DNA of 63,188 nt, counting the filler, from Collodictyon triciliatum (Eukaryota), in the NCBI GenBank assembly GCA_043381765.1. It is 11 parts of 11 records of this genome, joined end to end, with 100 filler letters (N's around TTAATTAATTAA, not from the genome) between each part and the next. Parts side by side here need not be neighbours in the genome. Positions count along the whole stretch, not along the records: positions 12,471 to 18,613 come from JBHJMP010004685.1; positions 18,714 to 24,270 come from JBHJMP010004686.1; positions 24,371 to 30,500 come from JBHJMP010004687.1; 8 more parts are not named here. One strand, 5' to 3'. The translations under genes and the position numbers were made by a program. The notes under the pieces are model-generated. The model saw only the letters and a program-made list of their open reading frames with translations. It did no database searches and was not told the DNA's origin. This document shows positions 12,901 to 27,367 of this stretch, one piece after another. Numbering within the stretch: the stretch's first letter is position 1; the number at the start of each line of letters is the position of its first letter.

Positions 12901-13533
12901 AAAAGAACGAATATGCCCGACGCAAACACGCCTGCCTGTCATAAAATCGCTATTTCGGTGCATGATGAAATATTCCTAAATCTTGTTTTTGTGCTCAGTT
13001 CCCTTTTTTTAAGATGGTTTTTTTAAGATGGTTTTTTTAAGAACAAATATTTTAATCACTGATTGCTCTTTAAACGTGCTGATGGAAAGTGAGATTCTCA
13101 AACAAGGGGTTTGCCGTTTTTCTGGGGTCGTGAATTTCGTCGTCAAAATGAAGACTGATTGTTATACTTTCTAAAAATTTGAACCATAACATGAACAGAC
13201 ACGTTTAGCCAAGGATAATATTTCGTGTGGGTATCAACATAATTCTAACTTAATGAAATAATTGTAAAAAAAATAAAAATAACATTCTCATTTCTTCTCT
13301 AAATTATCAAGTTTGCTTCAAATCTCGCAACATTCAATAATTGTGAAGCGGTTGATAGAAGAGGAATTAGAACTAAGAGATCACTTTTATGCGAGAACAT
13401 CTATTGAAGATATGTGAAACTCAATTATAACTCGTTCTTTATCCACAAGATGAGAGATCTTCTAATGTTTACAATATGAACAAGAAACATCTGTGAAATA
13501 GGATTGTTGCACAATGAAATTTTTGCATATGAA

Positions 13534-13585
13534 CTCCATGATATTATATTTATCTAATTATATAGATAAATATAGTATCACTCCA
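13534..13585. mobile_element. 42-bp TG...CA hairpin flanked by a 5-bp direct repeat (possible collapsed transposon or footprint)
   Basis: The sequence is CTCCA [TGATATTATATTTATCTA attata TAGATAAATATAGTATCA] CTCCA. The arms are 17/18 complementary. Confidence 0.45.
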
Positions 13586-14165
13586 ACTATAATATACTTT
13601 TATTTTAATTTTTTTTTTTAGTTTACTTTGGCTGCCCTAACAAATATCTCAGAAAAATATAACAAAGAAGGGTGTTTTTCAATTTAGCGCAGTGATTCGC
13701 AATAAGCCTTTCGTTTTTGCTTCGTTCTGTTGTGTCTTTTCGCTTCCGCGCGCCCATCTTTTGACAGACCGGCCCAATGATGACAATTCTGGAAAACAAT
13801 GATTTTACTCCACAAACACCACAGTTTATAAGCAGCCGAATGCGCCTTTGTCAGATCCAACCACAGAAACCAACGATCTGACTTTTTTTCACAGCCCCCT
13901 TTCGCCTCTACTGCTTAAAAGCTTCAGATTCTCAGCCTTCCAACAAAACAACAAAGCAACAAAACAACAAAACACAACAATAAAACACAACAGCAATAAT
14001 AACAAACTGTAGAAACAAGAATGAACAGATACGTGAGAAAACCAAAGCCCTTAATGCCCGACACATCCCCAGCTCACTAAAGCGACACCAGAGCCACTCA
14101 ACACACCATCCCAACAGGACTACCTCAAGAGCCAGAAAGAGAGTCAGAAAGAAAGAAAGAAAAAG

Positions 14166-14554
14166 ATGCTTTTCCGGTCACTCTTCAGAACACTGCTTCC
14201 CAAAACCCCGCTGCACCAGCAGACAACCTTCGCATCGGCGTTCTCCACCAGAGGCTCGGGCCTTTCTTCCGGAAACGGACACATCGACTATGAAAAGCAT
14301 CTGACTCAGCTGGGCTCAAAGGTCTCTGCGCCGTCCAACCCAGAAAACGCTGCGCTGGAAACCTGCCCGAATCCATATCTCTCAGACCCATATGTCATCC
14401 GCTTCACCTGCCCCGAATTCACCAGCCTTTGTCCCATCACGTCGCAACCGGTGCGGTTCCAGTTTTCTGAACGAAGCACAATCTATACTCTTTCCTACTC
14501 TGATATCTTCTCTTTCGTCGTCTTTCAGGCCTTTTTTTTTTCTTTCACCTCCCT

Positions 14555-14616
<62 letters not shown>

Positions 14617-15196
14617 TTGTTGTTTGCTCAAGTATGGCATTGCTGCTGCTTAGGACTTTGCGCACATTGTGATTGACTATGTACCCCGCAAACTGATTGT
14701 GGAGAGCAAGTCCCTCAAGTTGTACATGCAGTCCTTCCGCAATCATGGCTCGTTCCACGAGGCGTGCACTGTTTCGATCGGAAAGAAGCTTGTGGACCTG
14801 CTTGACCCTCACTTCCTTCGCATCGGCGGGTAAGAACGACCTTTTTTTTTCATTTGTACCCACATGTTTCTTCATTTCTTCATATCTTCATTTATTTATT
14901 TCCTTCTAATTCAGACACCAATCCAACATTTTTCTACTTATCTACTCATTCAATCGAACGATTTCTTTCTTTTCTCTGGTTCCATCGCGATGAATACCGA
15001 ATGTTCTAATTGGAGCAATTTCCTACTCGTTTGTCGTTGTTTTATCTTTATATATATATATATATATTCTATTTCGAATAGGTATTGGTACCCAAGAGGA
15101 GGAATCCCCATCGATGTGTTTTATCAAGCCGGCGAAGTGCCGAAAGGTGTTTGGCTCCCCGACCAAGGTGTGCCTGGATACAGAGGCCGCGGATGA
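14166..15196 (+). CDS. queF: NADPH-dependent 7-cyano-7-deazaguanine (preQ0) reductase QueF, type I, with an N-terminal mitochondrial-like presequence; 3 exons, 191 aa
   Basis: Exons 14166-14450, 14654-14829 and 15082-15196 are joined by GT-AG introns with matching phase. Motifs: [24 protein letters not shown], the QueF signature [23 protein letters not shown], and [18 protein letters not shown]. Confidence 0.95.
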
Positions 15197-15782
15197 AGCT
15201 TTAATGAAGCACTTTGCAAACGCACAGTTCTCATTTCCGCTTGGAACAAAACAAAATTAAAACAAAACCAACTAAATTTGCATGTTTTCCTACATAGTTT
15301 TTTATATTTTTTTCTTTCTTCTAAGCAAGCGTTGACATGAGAATTTAGATTTGATTTCACTTGTTGCTGAAGCACGAAAAAGAACCTTTATTCATTTACT
15401 ATTATGTGTATAGTCACTGTTTTGTAATGGCATGTGAATCAATACATCCCGTTCTCTCCTTCAGTCATGCGCTATAAAAAAGGCTTAGGCATCTTTCTTT
15501 TTCTTTTGTGCATAATATATCGACCTTTTTGGCCCACACGCCAAGCTAGACTTCAAGTTTCTTACTTTCACCCAAACAAACGCCCCCAAAGCAATTATTA
15601 TTACACTGCAGTGGCAAGCAAAACCCATAGCCATACGGATGATGATTTCTTTATTCATCTATGGATTTCCCCCTCACAAGGCCGGGCGAGTTTGGTGAGA
15701 AAACGGGGCGTTTGAGGCACAAATCCTCTCCCAGCTGGAATGCTACTGCATTCCCCGACCCCTTACAGATGCACACACGGGC

Positions 15783-18427
<2,645 letters not shown>

Positions 18428-18519
18428 CGTCTGCAGTCACACTACAAGGTCTGATGGCACATCGTGAGCGCCTCGCAAAGCTCCCCTTTCACCGCTCTTT
18501 TTTCCCTGCTTCCTTCTTC

Positions 18520-18571
<52 letters not shown>

Positions 18572-18713
18572 TCCCCCTCTCCCTCCCCCCCCCCCCCTTC
18601 CTCTTCTTCTCCCNNNNNNNNNNNNNNNNNNNNNNNNNNNNNNNNNNNNNNNNNNNNTTAATTAATTAANNNNNNNNNNNNNNNNNNNNNNNNNNNNNNN
18701 NNNNNNNNNNNNN

Positions 18714-18789
<76 letters not shown>

Positions 18790-19104
18790 GCCAACTTCTC
18801 ATTGACCCAGTAAACAAAGGCCTTCATCGCGCAAAGTTGCACTAAAAAACGCGGCATGAAAAAAAGAAAAAAGAAAAAAGAAAAAAGAAAAAAGAAAAAA
18901 GAAAAAAGAAAAAAGAAAAAAGAAAAAGGAAAACAAAATGACATGTCACTCCGCCCTGTCAGACAATTTCCAGATTTGAATCCACAAATCCGCACTGATC
19001 CGACGTGATCCGCACTGATTCGACAGGCTGAAACCCAAGACGTGTTTATTCAGAGCCCGTCCACGCTGCCCCTTAAAATCCCGACTCAAAAACGACACGA
19101 GCCA

Positions 19105-22100
19105 TCACAGGTGCGAGTCATACGCCGAAAGATAAGCCGCGGATCTGCGGTGATGGGACTGAGCAGACGCAGCCGGGGCGGAAAGCGGCGCAGAATCCAG
19201 GAGCGAAACAAGATTCTCGTTGAGGCAAACAAGACAAGCCTGTTCCGGCACGCAATCGGCGTGGAATGCGTGGCCGCACGGGAAGGCAACAAGATTCGAG
19301 CCCATGGTGTGATCTGCAAGGCCGACTTCGCAGACTGGGCAGAGACTCCGCATGTCCACCACGGCACCCCAATGCTGGGCGCTGGCTTCTTCCCACTGGA
19401 ATGCGATTCCGCGGCCGTATTCGAAGCCGAGCGAGTGGATGGCTCCAGGCGCGGCGTTTGCTGTGAGAAATGCGAGCGTGTCGAGTTCGCCGCGGGTCTC
19501 CTTGTCCAGCAGGCCGCGCAAGGGCGGCGCAAGAGTGAGCGTCTTGATGGACCACAGATGGCTGTCAAGCACTTCCATCATGTTGCGCACAACCACGCGC
19601 TGATGTCGGTAGAGTTGGTGCAGATGCAGCAGTTTGCGGCAGATCACACGGGCTTCCCAGCTTGGGAGCGAAGCCTCGGACTGGAGTAGTTCCATCACAT
19701 ATGCAACCCCAAATTGCAGGACAAGGACATTCACCACCCGCTCCCATGTGATTCCGCTGGCGGAGTCTGCGCTCGCTCCTTGCATCGCTTTCTCAGCCCT
19801 GCTCTCTTGTTCTGGCTTGGAATCTGACTCCGACTCCAACTCTGACTCTGTTTCAGTTCGTTTGCTCAGATGCGCAAGCACCAGTTGCCACTCGACCGGC
19901 GTTCCGCTCTGTGCAAGGAATGCAAGCAATCCGCTCCAGTCGTCTGCACAGAAGAACAGATCCACGAGATCCGCGTGACGGCCGGATCGCTGGTACAAAA
20001 GCACAAGTCCTGCGTAGTAGCCTGTCTCTGCACACACTCGGGTGGCGTGCTCTGCGCTGTAGAAAAAGACGCCCGGATTCCCAAGGATTTGCATGAGGAG
20101 AGGATGGTGCGGCCATTCTGCAGATGCGCACTTGGATGCATTCGTGTTGCGGTGTTTGCTGTCGCTGCTGTCGAGCGGGCCAATGTGCGGAGGCGGATTC
20201 TCATGCAGGAGCGCTTCAATCCAGCAGTGGACAATAAACGTGTCCTGTCGGCTCACTAGGCGTGTTTCCATCAGGCGCATCAGAAACGACAGGACATGTT
20301 GAGGCTTGTGCGTTTGGATCCAGTGGTATGACAGGTGCGGGTGCAGCTTGTTTGCGGATCGAATGGCAAAGTCCACCACCGCAGAGGCGCTGATTCCCAC
20401 GATCACACGCTTGGCAACGCTCAAAACAGTGCACTGGTCGTCCAGATCGTTGAAGTACTCTACGGCGCTGAGGATGCTTTCGGTTCGGATCAGCGCAAGT
20501 ATGGCTTCGATAGCAGCTGTGTGCTCACGCGTCTTTTCGGCCTGTGCTACGATGGCCTCGATGCTACTCCACCGATGCTCTCGAATACATACATCGACGA
20601 TTCGTGCGTGGTCCAATACGTGAAAGTGCTTGCCGATAAATATGTGCTCTGCGCTTTCTGAGTCCTCACGAAGCATCCCAGATACAGATTGGTAGTCTCT
20701 GCAGATGAATAGCTCTGTGAGTTGTTGGGATATCGCATAAGAGTTGGTCTGATCAACTGCATTTGAATTGGCTTTAATTTCAGGGCCGCTCTGGGCTGTG
20801 CTTGCAATTACGTGGGCCTTTTCCTTTCCGAAATTGACGATACTGTCACCCTGGGAAGTTGGATTTGTGATGACATCCTCCAGTGTCGATGCTGGTGTAT
20901 TTTCAGCAGTAACGCTCACGGCTGGCAGAGCAGAACCTGCTGTTGCTGAGGAAGGCGCAGGGATGTTTGAAAGATTTTGTGGGGGTGAATTTCCGATATT
21001 TGCCTCCGGTACGTTAGCTTTGCGTCCCTGGTTGCTGCCTCCCGAACTTGCTGTGTGATGTGGCTTCAGAACGTAATCACCAAATATTGAAAACTTTCTC
21101 GATGCAGCTTGAGCAATTCCTTTCATCTGTTGTTGGGGTTGTTGGAATTGTTGGAATTGTTGTGATTGTTGTGATTGTTGGGATTGTTGTGATTGTTGGG
21201 ATTGTTGTGATTGTTGTGATTGTTGAGATTGTTGTGGTTGTTGTGATTGTTGTGATTGTTGTGGTTGTTGTGATTGTTGTGGTTGTTGCAAACTTTCTAT
21301 CTCCGTGTTTATGTCTGTTCCATTCAATACGTTGACATTACTATTGGGTACCGATACCTTGGGTTGGTCTGGTGTTATCGAGCCCACTTTTTCAGTATCT
21401 GCAACAATCGCATTAATATCGCCACTAGTCAGATTAGAAGTTACACTTCGCTTAGAAAATACCGGCGATTCGATCTGATGCTCAGTTGTGAGTCTTCCTT
21501 CGCCTTCCATCATAGGCGAGATCTGTGCACCAGCAGCCGGCTTACTATTTACCATTTTTTCGGTTGAATTCAAGTTTCTCTTGGGTATCAAAGCGGTATC
21601 CTCTCTTGGCAAGGGGGGTGATAGGATTGTGTCATCTCCTTGGCTACGCTGCGAACTTGGACCGGAGCTCAAGCTCGATGGTTGCGTATAAATTGTGGAT
21701 ACATTTGATGGAAGTACGGCAAAGTTTTGAGGTGCAAAAGCTGTGTTTGAAGATCCAGCTTGTGAGCTTGCCCTCTCACTCTTTGATACGATGCCCGGGG
21801 GAAGGATGTCTGTGACTCGAGACTTTGTACGCTTGGCCCGAGGTTTTCTGGCAAATGTAATGGATTCCAGGTCAAAGCCATCTCCGTGCCCGCTTAAACC
21901 TGCTGCTGAAACTTCCATATTAGATTGGTCCAGACCTTCAGCTTTTGGTTGCAAAGATTGTAATCCTGATGTTTCTAGATGTGGCGTGGTTGAGATTTGG
22001 TCTTGTGCAGGAACTTCTGAGTTTCCGGTAGCTTCCTGAGAGGCCGTTTTTTGAGTCAGTACCTCATTTGAAGAGATGGCCAAAGTGGCTGGGTCAGCCT

Positions 22101-24098
22101 GTTCGTCATCAAAAATCATCGATGGCGGGGCAGGTTCGATGTTAAGGTTGTACTTCTGCGCTATTTGCTGGTTTTATTTACAAAAAGAATAGATTAATAC
22201 TCCATAGATTGATGAACCAAAGGGTAGGATGAACTCTCACATTAAGAGAGCAAGTAGTTGTTGTGACAAAACAGATTGAGAGAAAAAGTGCAATATTCCA
22301 TGGGTTAGCATCAAGATATGGATTCACCTGGATGTCATCTAGCAAAGGGGAAAGGGTTAGGTCTTTGACTCGGCAACGCTCCACCTCACGGTACAGAGAC
22401 GTAATTGCACTGGGATTTTTCAGCCTGTACCGATTCAGTAAAGTGACGCATTTTTGGAATTGCGCTGACCGGATGTAATCCACAGCCAGAAGCTCAGGGT
22501 CATATGCTTGGACATGGCATATGGAAAAGCCACTGCGATACAGAACATAGTAGGAGTTCCCAACAGTGCACAAATCGACAAAGTTTTGGAGACCGGAATG
22601 GAGGATATTGATTTCGATATTGTTTACGTCGATGATACTGACATAGTTGTCTCCATATACAAGCATGTTATCGCAGAATGGGGCTACTCGACCGAAGTTG
22701 AATCGTGGAGGCACAGTCACTTTGAGCCCGCTTTCATCCAGGATTGGTACGCGTTGGTCACTCGTCACTTTAAAATTCAGGGTGTTGAGGACACGGCCTG
22801 TAGAAAGCTCTGCTACCCACACACGGTTCCCTGGGCGACTACTGAATAACACGCCTGAGCGAGACGGATGGAAACAGGCTCCGAAGAACCCGTCTCGGGT
22901 CTTTGTCCCAACCTGAATGGCGATGAGCTTCGTCAGCTCGAGGATGAAACTGCGTGTCAAGGTGGAGACGACTAAACATTCTGCGTTGTAGTCAAGTTGC
23001 ACAACACGCGAGTCGGACTGGAAAAGAACTTCGGTGTGGTTGCCCGACGCAAGGGACAATATTTCCCCAGTCACATCCCGGCCGAGAAACTGCCTCATGC
23101 CAAACTTTTTCGACTTGGAGATGCGTGTGATGCAGATGACACCATTGCTATCTGCAGAGAAAAGCCTGCGCCCTGCGTCATCCCATACAATATCTGTGAT
23201 CTCAGCGTCCTTGTGCTCTTGCACTCGATATAATAGCTATGCGTGGGAATAATTATTCAGACATTTCGAGTTTAATCTATATATTTATGATTCATATAGG
23301 GAAATATAAACCAACCACACGTGGGTTCAAGCCACAGTAAATAAAGTGGACAAAAAACAAACAACAACCACGCATACTCACCCTGTCTTTGCTCTTCATA
23401 TCTTCGATGGCCATCAACATAATCACCACTTGACCGCCCTCTAATGCCATAGCAACGATGCGCTCGTCTAGAGCAAAACGAATGCAAGTTACTGCGCCTT
23501 TCGACTGAGGAATCGGACGCAAGTGCATAAACTTCATGTCGCTACGATTGAAGTAGTAAAGTGCTGCAGAGGAACCTCCCAACACAAGGTAGTTTTGCGA
23601 GCAAGCAACTGCAGAAAACTTGACCTTGGACGAGCTTATTGGCTCCGGATACACAGTCAATCTCATCACTGGCCCTGGAAGCAGAAGTCCGCCATCAGAC
23701 TCGGACGAATCGTCCCCATCAAAAGTCGACGTTGTGGTTGCGGTTGCTGAAATCGATGAACCGTAACTTTCGCTTTCTGTGTGCGTGTTCGTGCGTGCAG
23801 ATTGTGAATCGGTGGCGTCTGTTTCGGTTCCTGTTTCAGTTGTTGTAGTGGCGTCCGTGGTTTCATCGCCGTCGGCTGAGTCAGCATGTGTTTCAGCGTG
23901 TGTTTCTGTCTGGGTTTCTGTTTGTATTTCTGATTCGGACTCGGCTTGTGTTTCTGTCTGGGTTTCTGTTTGTATTTCTGATTCGGACTCGGCTTGCGTT
24001 TCTGTTTGTGAAGTACTTTGGGAGCCGCTCTCTGCTCTTGTCTCAGCTTGCGTTTCGGTCGCGGTGTGGCTCGTTGATTCGTCGTTGGATTCGTCCAT
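19105..24098 (-). CDS. HPS5/TECPR2-like protein: N-terminal WD40 propeller, long low-complexity linker, helical region and C-terminal RING-H2; 3 exons, about 1560 aa
   Basis: Exons 24098-23382, 23236-22328 and 22167-19105. Motifs include FSAVACSQNYLVLGGSSAALY, DSRVVQLDY..LVVSTLTRS, VGTKTRDGFFGACF and RPGNRVWVA, as in the HPS5/TECPR2 N-terminus. The C-terminus reads CPVC..FPCGHAFHADC..CLVC. Confidence 0.8.
21133..21290 (-). repeat. Coding 9-bp repeat giving (QQS/QQP)n in the HPS5-like protein
   Basis: TTGTTGTGA-type units on the + strand translate to QQPQQSQQPQQSQQS... Confidence 0.9.
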
Positions 24099-24199
24099 TC
24101 TGTTAGTTTGAAGATCGCTGTCTGGCGACCTTACGGAAAATGCCTTGTTTTATACACGACTGTTTTTGTTGTTTTTGTTTTTTTGTTTTTTTGTTTTTT

Positions 24200-24270
<71 letters not shown>

Positions 24271-24370
24271 NNNNNNNNNNNNNNNNNNNNNNNNNNNNNN
24301 NNNNNNNNNNNNNNTTAATTAATTAANNNNNNNNNNNNNNNNNNNNNNNNNNNNNNNNNNNNNNNNNNNN

Positions 24371-24550
24371 GTATGTATGTATGTATGTATGTATGTATGT
24401 ATGTATGTATGTATGTATGTATGTATGTATGTATGTATGTATGTATGTATGTATGTATGTATGTATGTATGTATGTATGTATGTATGTATGTATGTATTT
24501 ATGTATTTATGTATTTATGTATTTATGTATTTATGTATTTATGTATTATG
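24371..24550. repeat. (GTAT)n microsatellite at the contig start, inside an intron of the fusion gene
   Basis: Read directly. The same gene also has intronic (CAA)n at about 25238-25323 and (TAT)n at about 27273-27425. Confidence 0.95.
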
Positions 24551-24602
24551 TATTAAGTAAATTACATGCCTTTGATAGCGATTTTTTTATAAAAAAAAAA
24601 AG

Positions 24603-25234
24603 GAATTGACATTGCACCGATACTTTGGGGATGTGATGGACGATAGTCTCTTTTCCCTGGCAGAACCGTTAGAATCCGGCCAGACAAGCAGATTCTGCTC
24701 GAAAATGGCAGAGATTAATGGCGTTCACATTGTGGGATCTTTATTTGAGGTATCACGGAAATAATTTTTCCAGAATGCAGCAGAGTGGATTTTTTTTTTT
24801 TTGCTGTTGAATTATTCTTTTGTTGTAGTTATATGATTCATTTTATCTAATTTGTGCTATTTCATATCACGAAATTGAATGTCAAATGATATGTGTGAGA
24901 AATATTTAAATTTTCGTCTTAAAAAAGCAGGCATAATCCAGTGCAAGAATATAGATCAAAAAAATATTTAGATTATACGATTTCCCTCCCATAACTCATA
25001 TATAGGATGCCACGCATTTGAAGCCCAATCTACGCTTTAACACAGCTGTGATTTATGGTCCCGATGGGAAAATGGTTGGGTACACCCGTAAACAGCACAT
25101 CCCAAGAGGAACAGGTTATGAGGAAGAGTTCTACTTCCAACCTGGAGACTCTGATTATCCCGTACATGACCTTGGCTTTTTGAGAATAGGCATTCCAACG
25201 TGCTACGACCAGGTGATTTGTTTGCCGACACAAT

Positions 25235-25323
<89 letters not shown>

Positions 25324-27272
25324 CGAAACCCCAGTTACTCATTACATACCATTTATCCAAATCGGCTTATTGATTATGTTCATACACTTTTAATCACCAG
25401 AATCATAATAATAATTTTAAAATAAAAACGCCTTAATATAGTGGTTTCCCGAACTGGCACGAATCTACGCTATGAAAGGGGCCGAAGTACTTCTTTATCC
25501 TACAGCAATCGGGAGTGAACCTAATTATCCCGGCCTGAATACTCAACCCATGTGGCAGAATATGATGGTTTCTCATGCGATTGCAAATGGTGCATTTCAA
25601 AAATACTGTTTTTACTCCATTTTGATGACAAGAGTTACAATCATGGATTTCGCCCTCCATTGATGGATACTGCTCATGTTTTATGTTACTCAGCATTCTC
25701 CATATAAATTAAACAGGTCTCTTTGTCGGAGCAGTCAATAGGGTTGGAAAAGAAACCCTTATTGATTTTTATGGTTCCTCATTTGTATGTGAGCCTACAG
25801 GCAGGATAATTGCCCAGGTTTCGCATGGCCCATATATATTTTATGCTCATATCACAGTAAGAGCAGCAAATATTGCAAATACTATATTACTAGACATGAG
25901 TGTAATAACCTTTAGGCAGCACCTAACAAGTCCGAAGTGATTGTGGCTACCTTAGACTTCTCTGTCCAACGATTCTGGAGGGACTTGTTCCCATTAATCA
26001 ACCAAAGGAAACCTCATACTTATCAGGATTTAACACGAGTTTCATGTAATTTATTATTTAGGTGGTATTTTAAGACCTCACGCTATATCTCCTTGGTCAA
26101 AATCCGACAATAATAGTTTATTACTATATTTTATGTCTCCGGTAGTTAATTTTTAATTTTTTTTGTTTCTTTTTCTCAGTTGAAGGTCTACCTAAGGTGA
26201 AAGCTATTCTACTTGTTGCTGGACAAGGAACAAGGCTACGACCCTTAACTGATGAATGTCCAAAGTGCATGGTCCAGTATCAAGTGCGTTTAGGGCATCC
26301 AAGCCACGATTACTTCGACTCTGATATCAAATAATTACTGTTTTTATTTTCCTTTTGATATGACGAAACAAAATGAAAAGAAAAAAAAAGAGGCAGATGT
26401 AATGATTTGTGAGTGTTCTTAAGGGGAGAATGATAATCAACACAGAAGATGCTTCAGTAACATTAATATTATCTCCTTCATCTTCCTTAACTAATTCTTA
26501 TTTTCCCCTAATGTTTCCTTTTTTTTTTTCCCTCCCATTAATTATATAGACACGCCCTATTGTCGATTACATTCTTTCATCTTTAAGGCAGAACAATATT
26601 CATGATATCGTGATGATAAAAGGGTATTTCATTTTGGTTTACTATATTTATTGTGCGAGTTTTTTTTTTTTGTTTGCTATTTTCTGCTTACTTCAACTGA
26701 GAATCATTAGCCAAAGCCTCAAGAATTAAACTTCATTGATGAAATCACTATCTTATTTGATGAAAGCTATCGAGAAGATGTCCTCCACAGAGACGGAGTG
26801 AGGGAGAGAATCAACCCTCGGTATGCATTAACAAATATGGTTGGTACTCTTTTCTCTGCTGAAGAAGAGTTAATAACGACAAAGGTTGGGTTTTATTTAT
26901 ACTGACATGAAATTTCGAGAGGTGCTATTTCACTCCACTCGATCCATATGATTTTTGATTGAGAGTCTTTTAGCATAAACCGCGACGTTTACTCTCCACC
27001 CTCAAAACAGGATGTCGTTATGTCCTACGGAGACATTGTTTACCACCCAAGTATTGTAAAGAAACTGCTTGAATCGGATGCTGATGTGGCTGTGGTGGTT
27101 GATTTGAAATGGAGAGAGCTATGGGAAGGGCGAATGGAAGACCCGTTGCTCGATGCCGAGACCATGAAATTAAACGGGAACCGCATCATCGAACTAGGGA
27201 AAAAGCCAAAGTCATTCGAAGACATACAGGTATATCCATCATTTCGAAGCATATTATATATTATGAAAAGTA

Positions 27273-27367
<95 letters not shown>

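Noticed and set aside
15215-15280. preQ1 riboswitch near queF (A-rich tail ending AACTAA in the 3' UTR)
   Set aside because: I could not find the required P1 stem and loop upstream of the A-rich tail, nor in the 5' region or introns.
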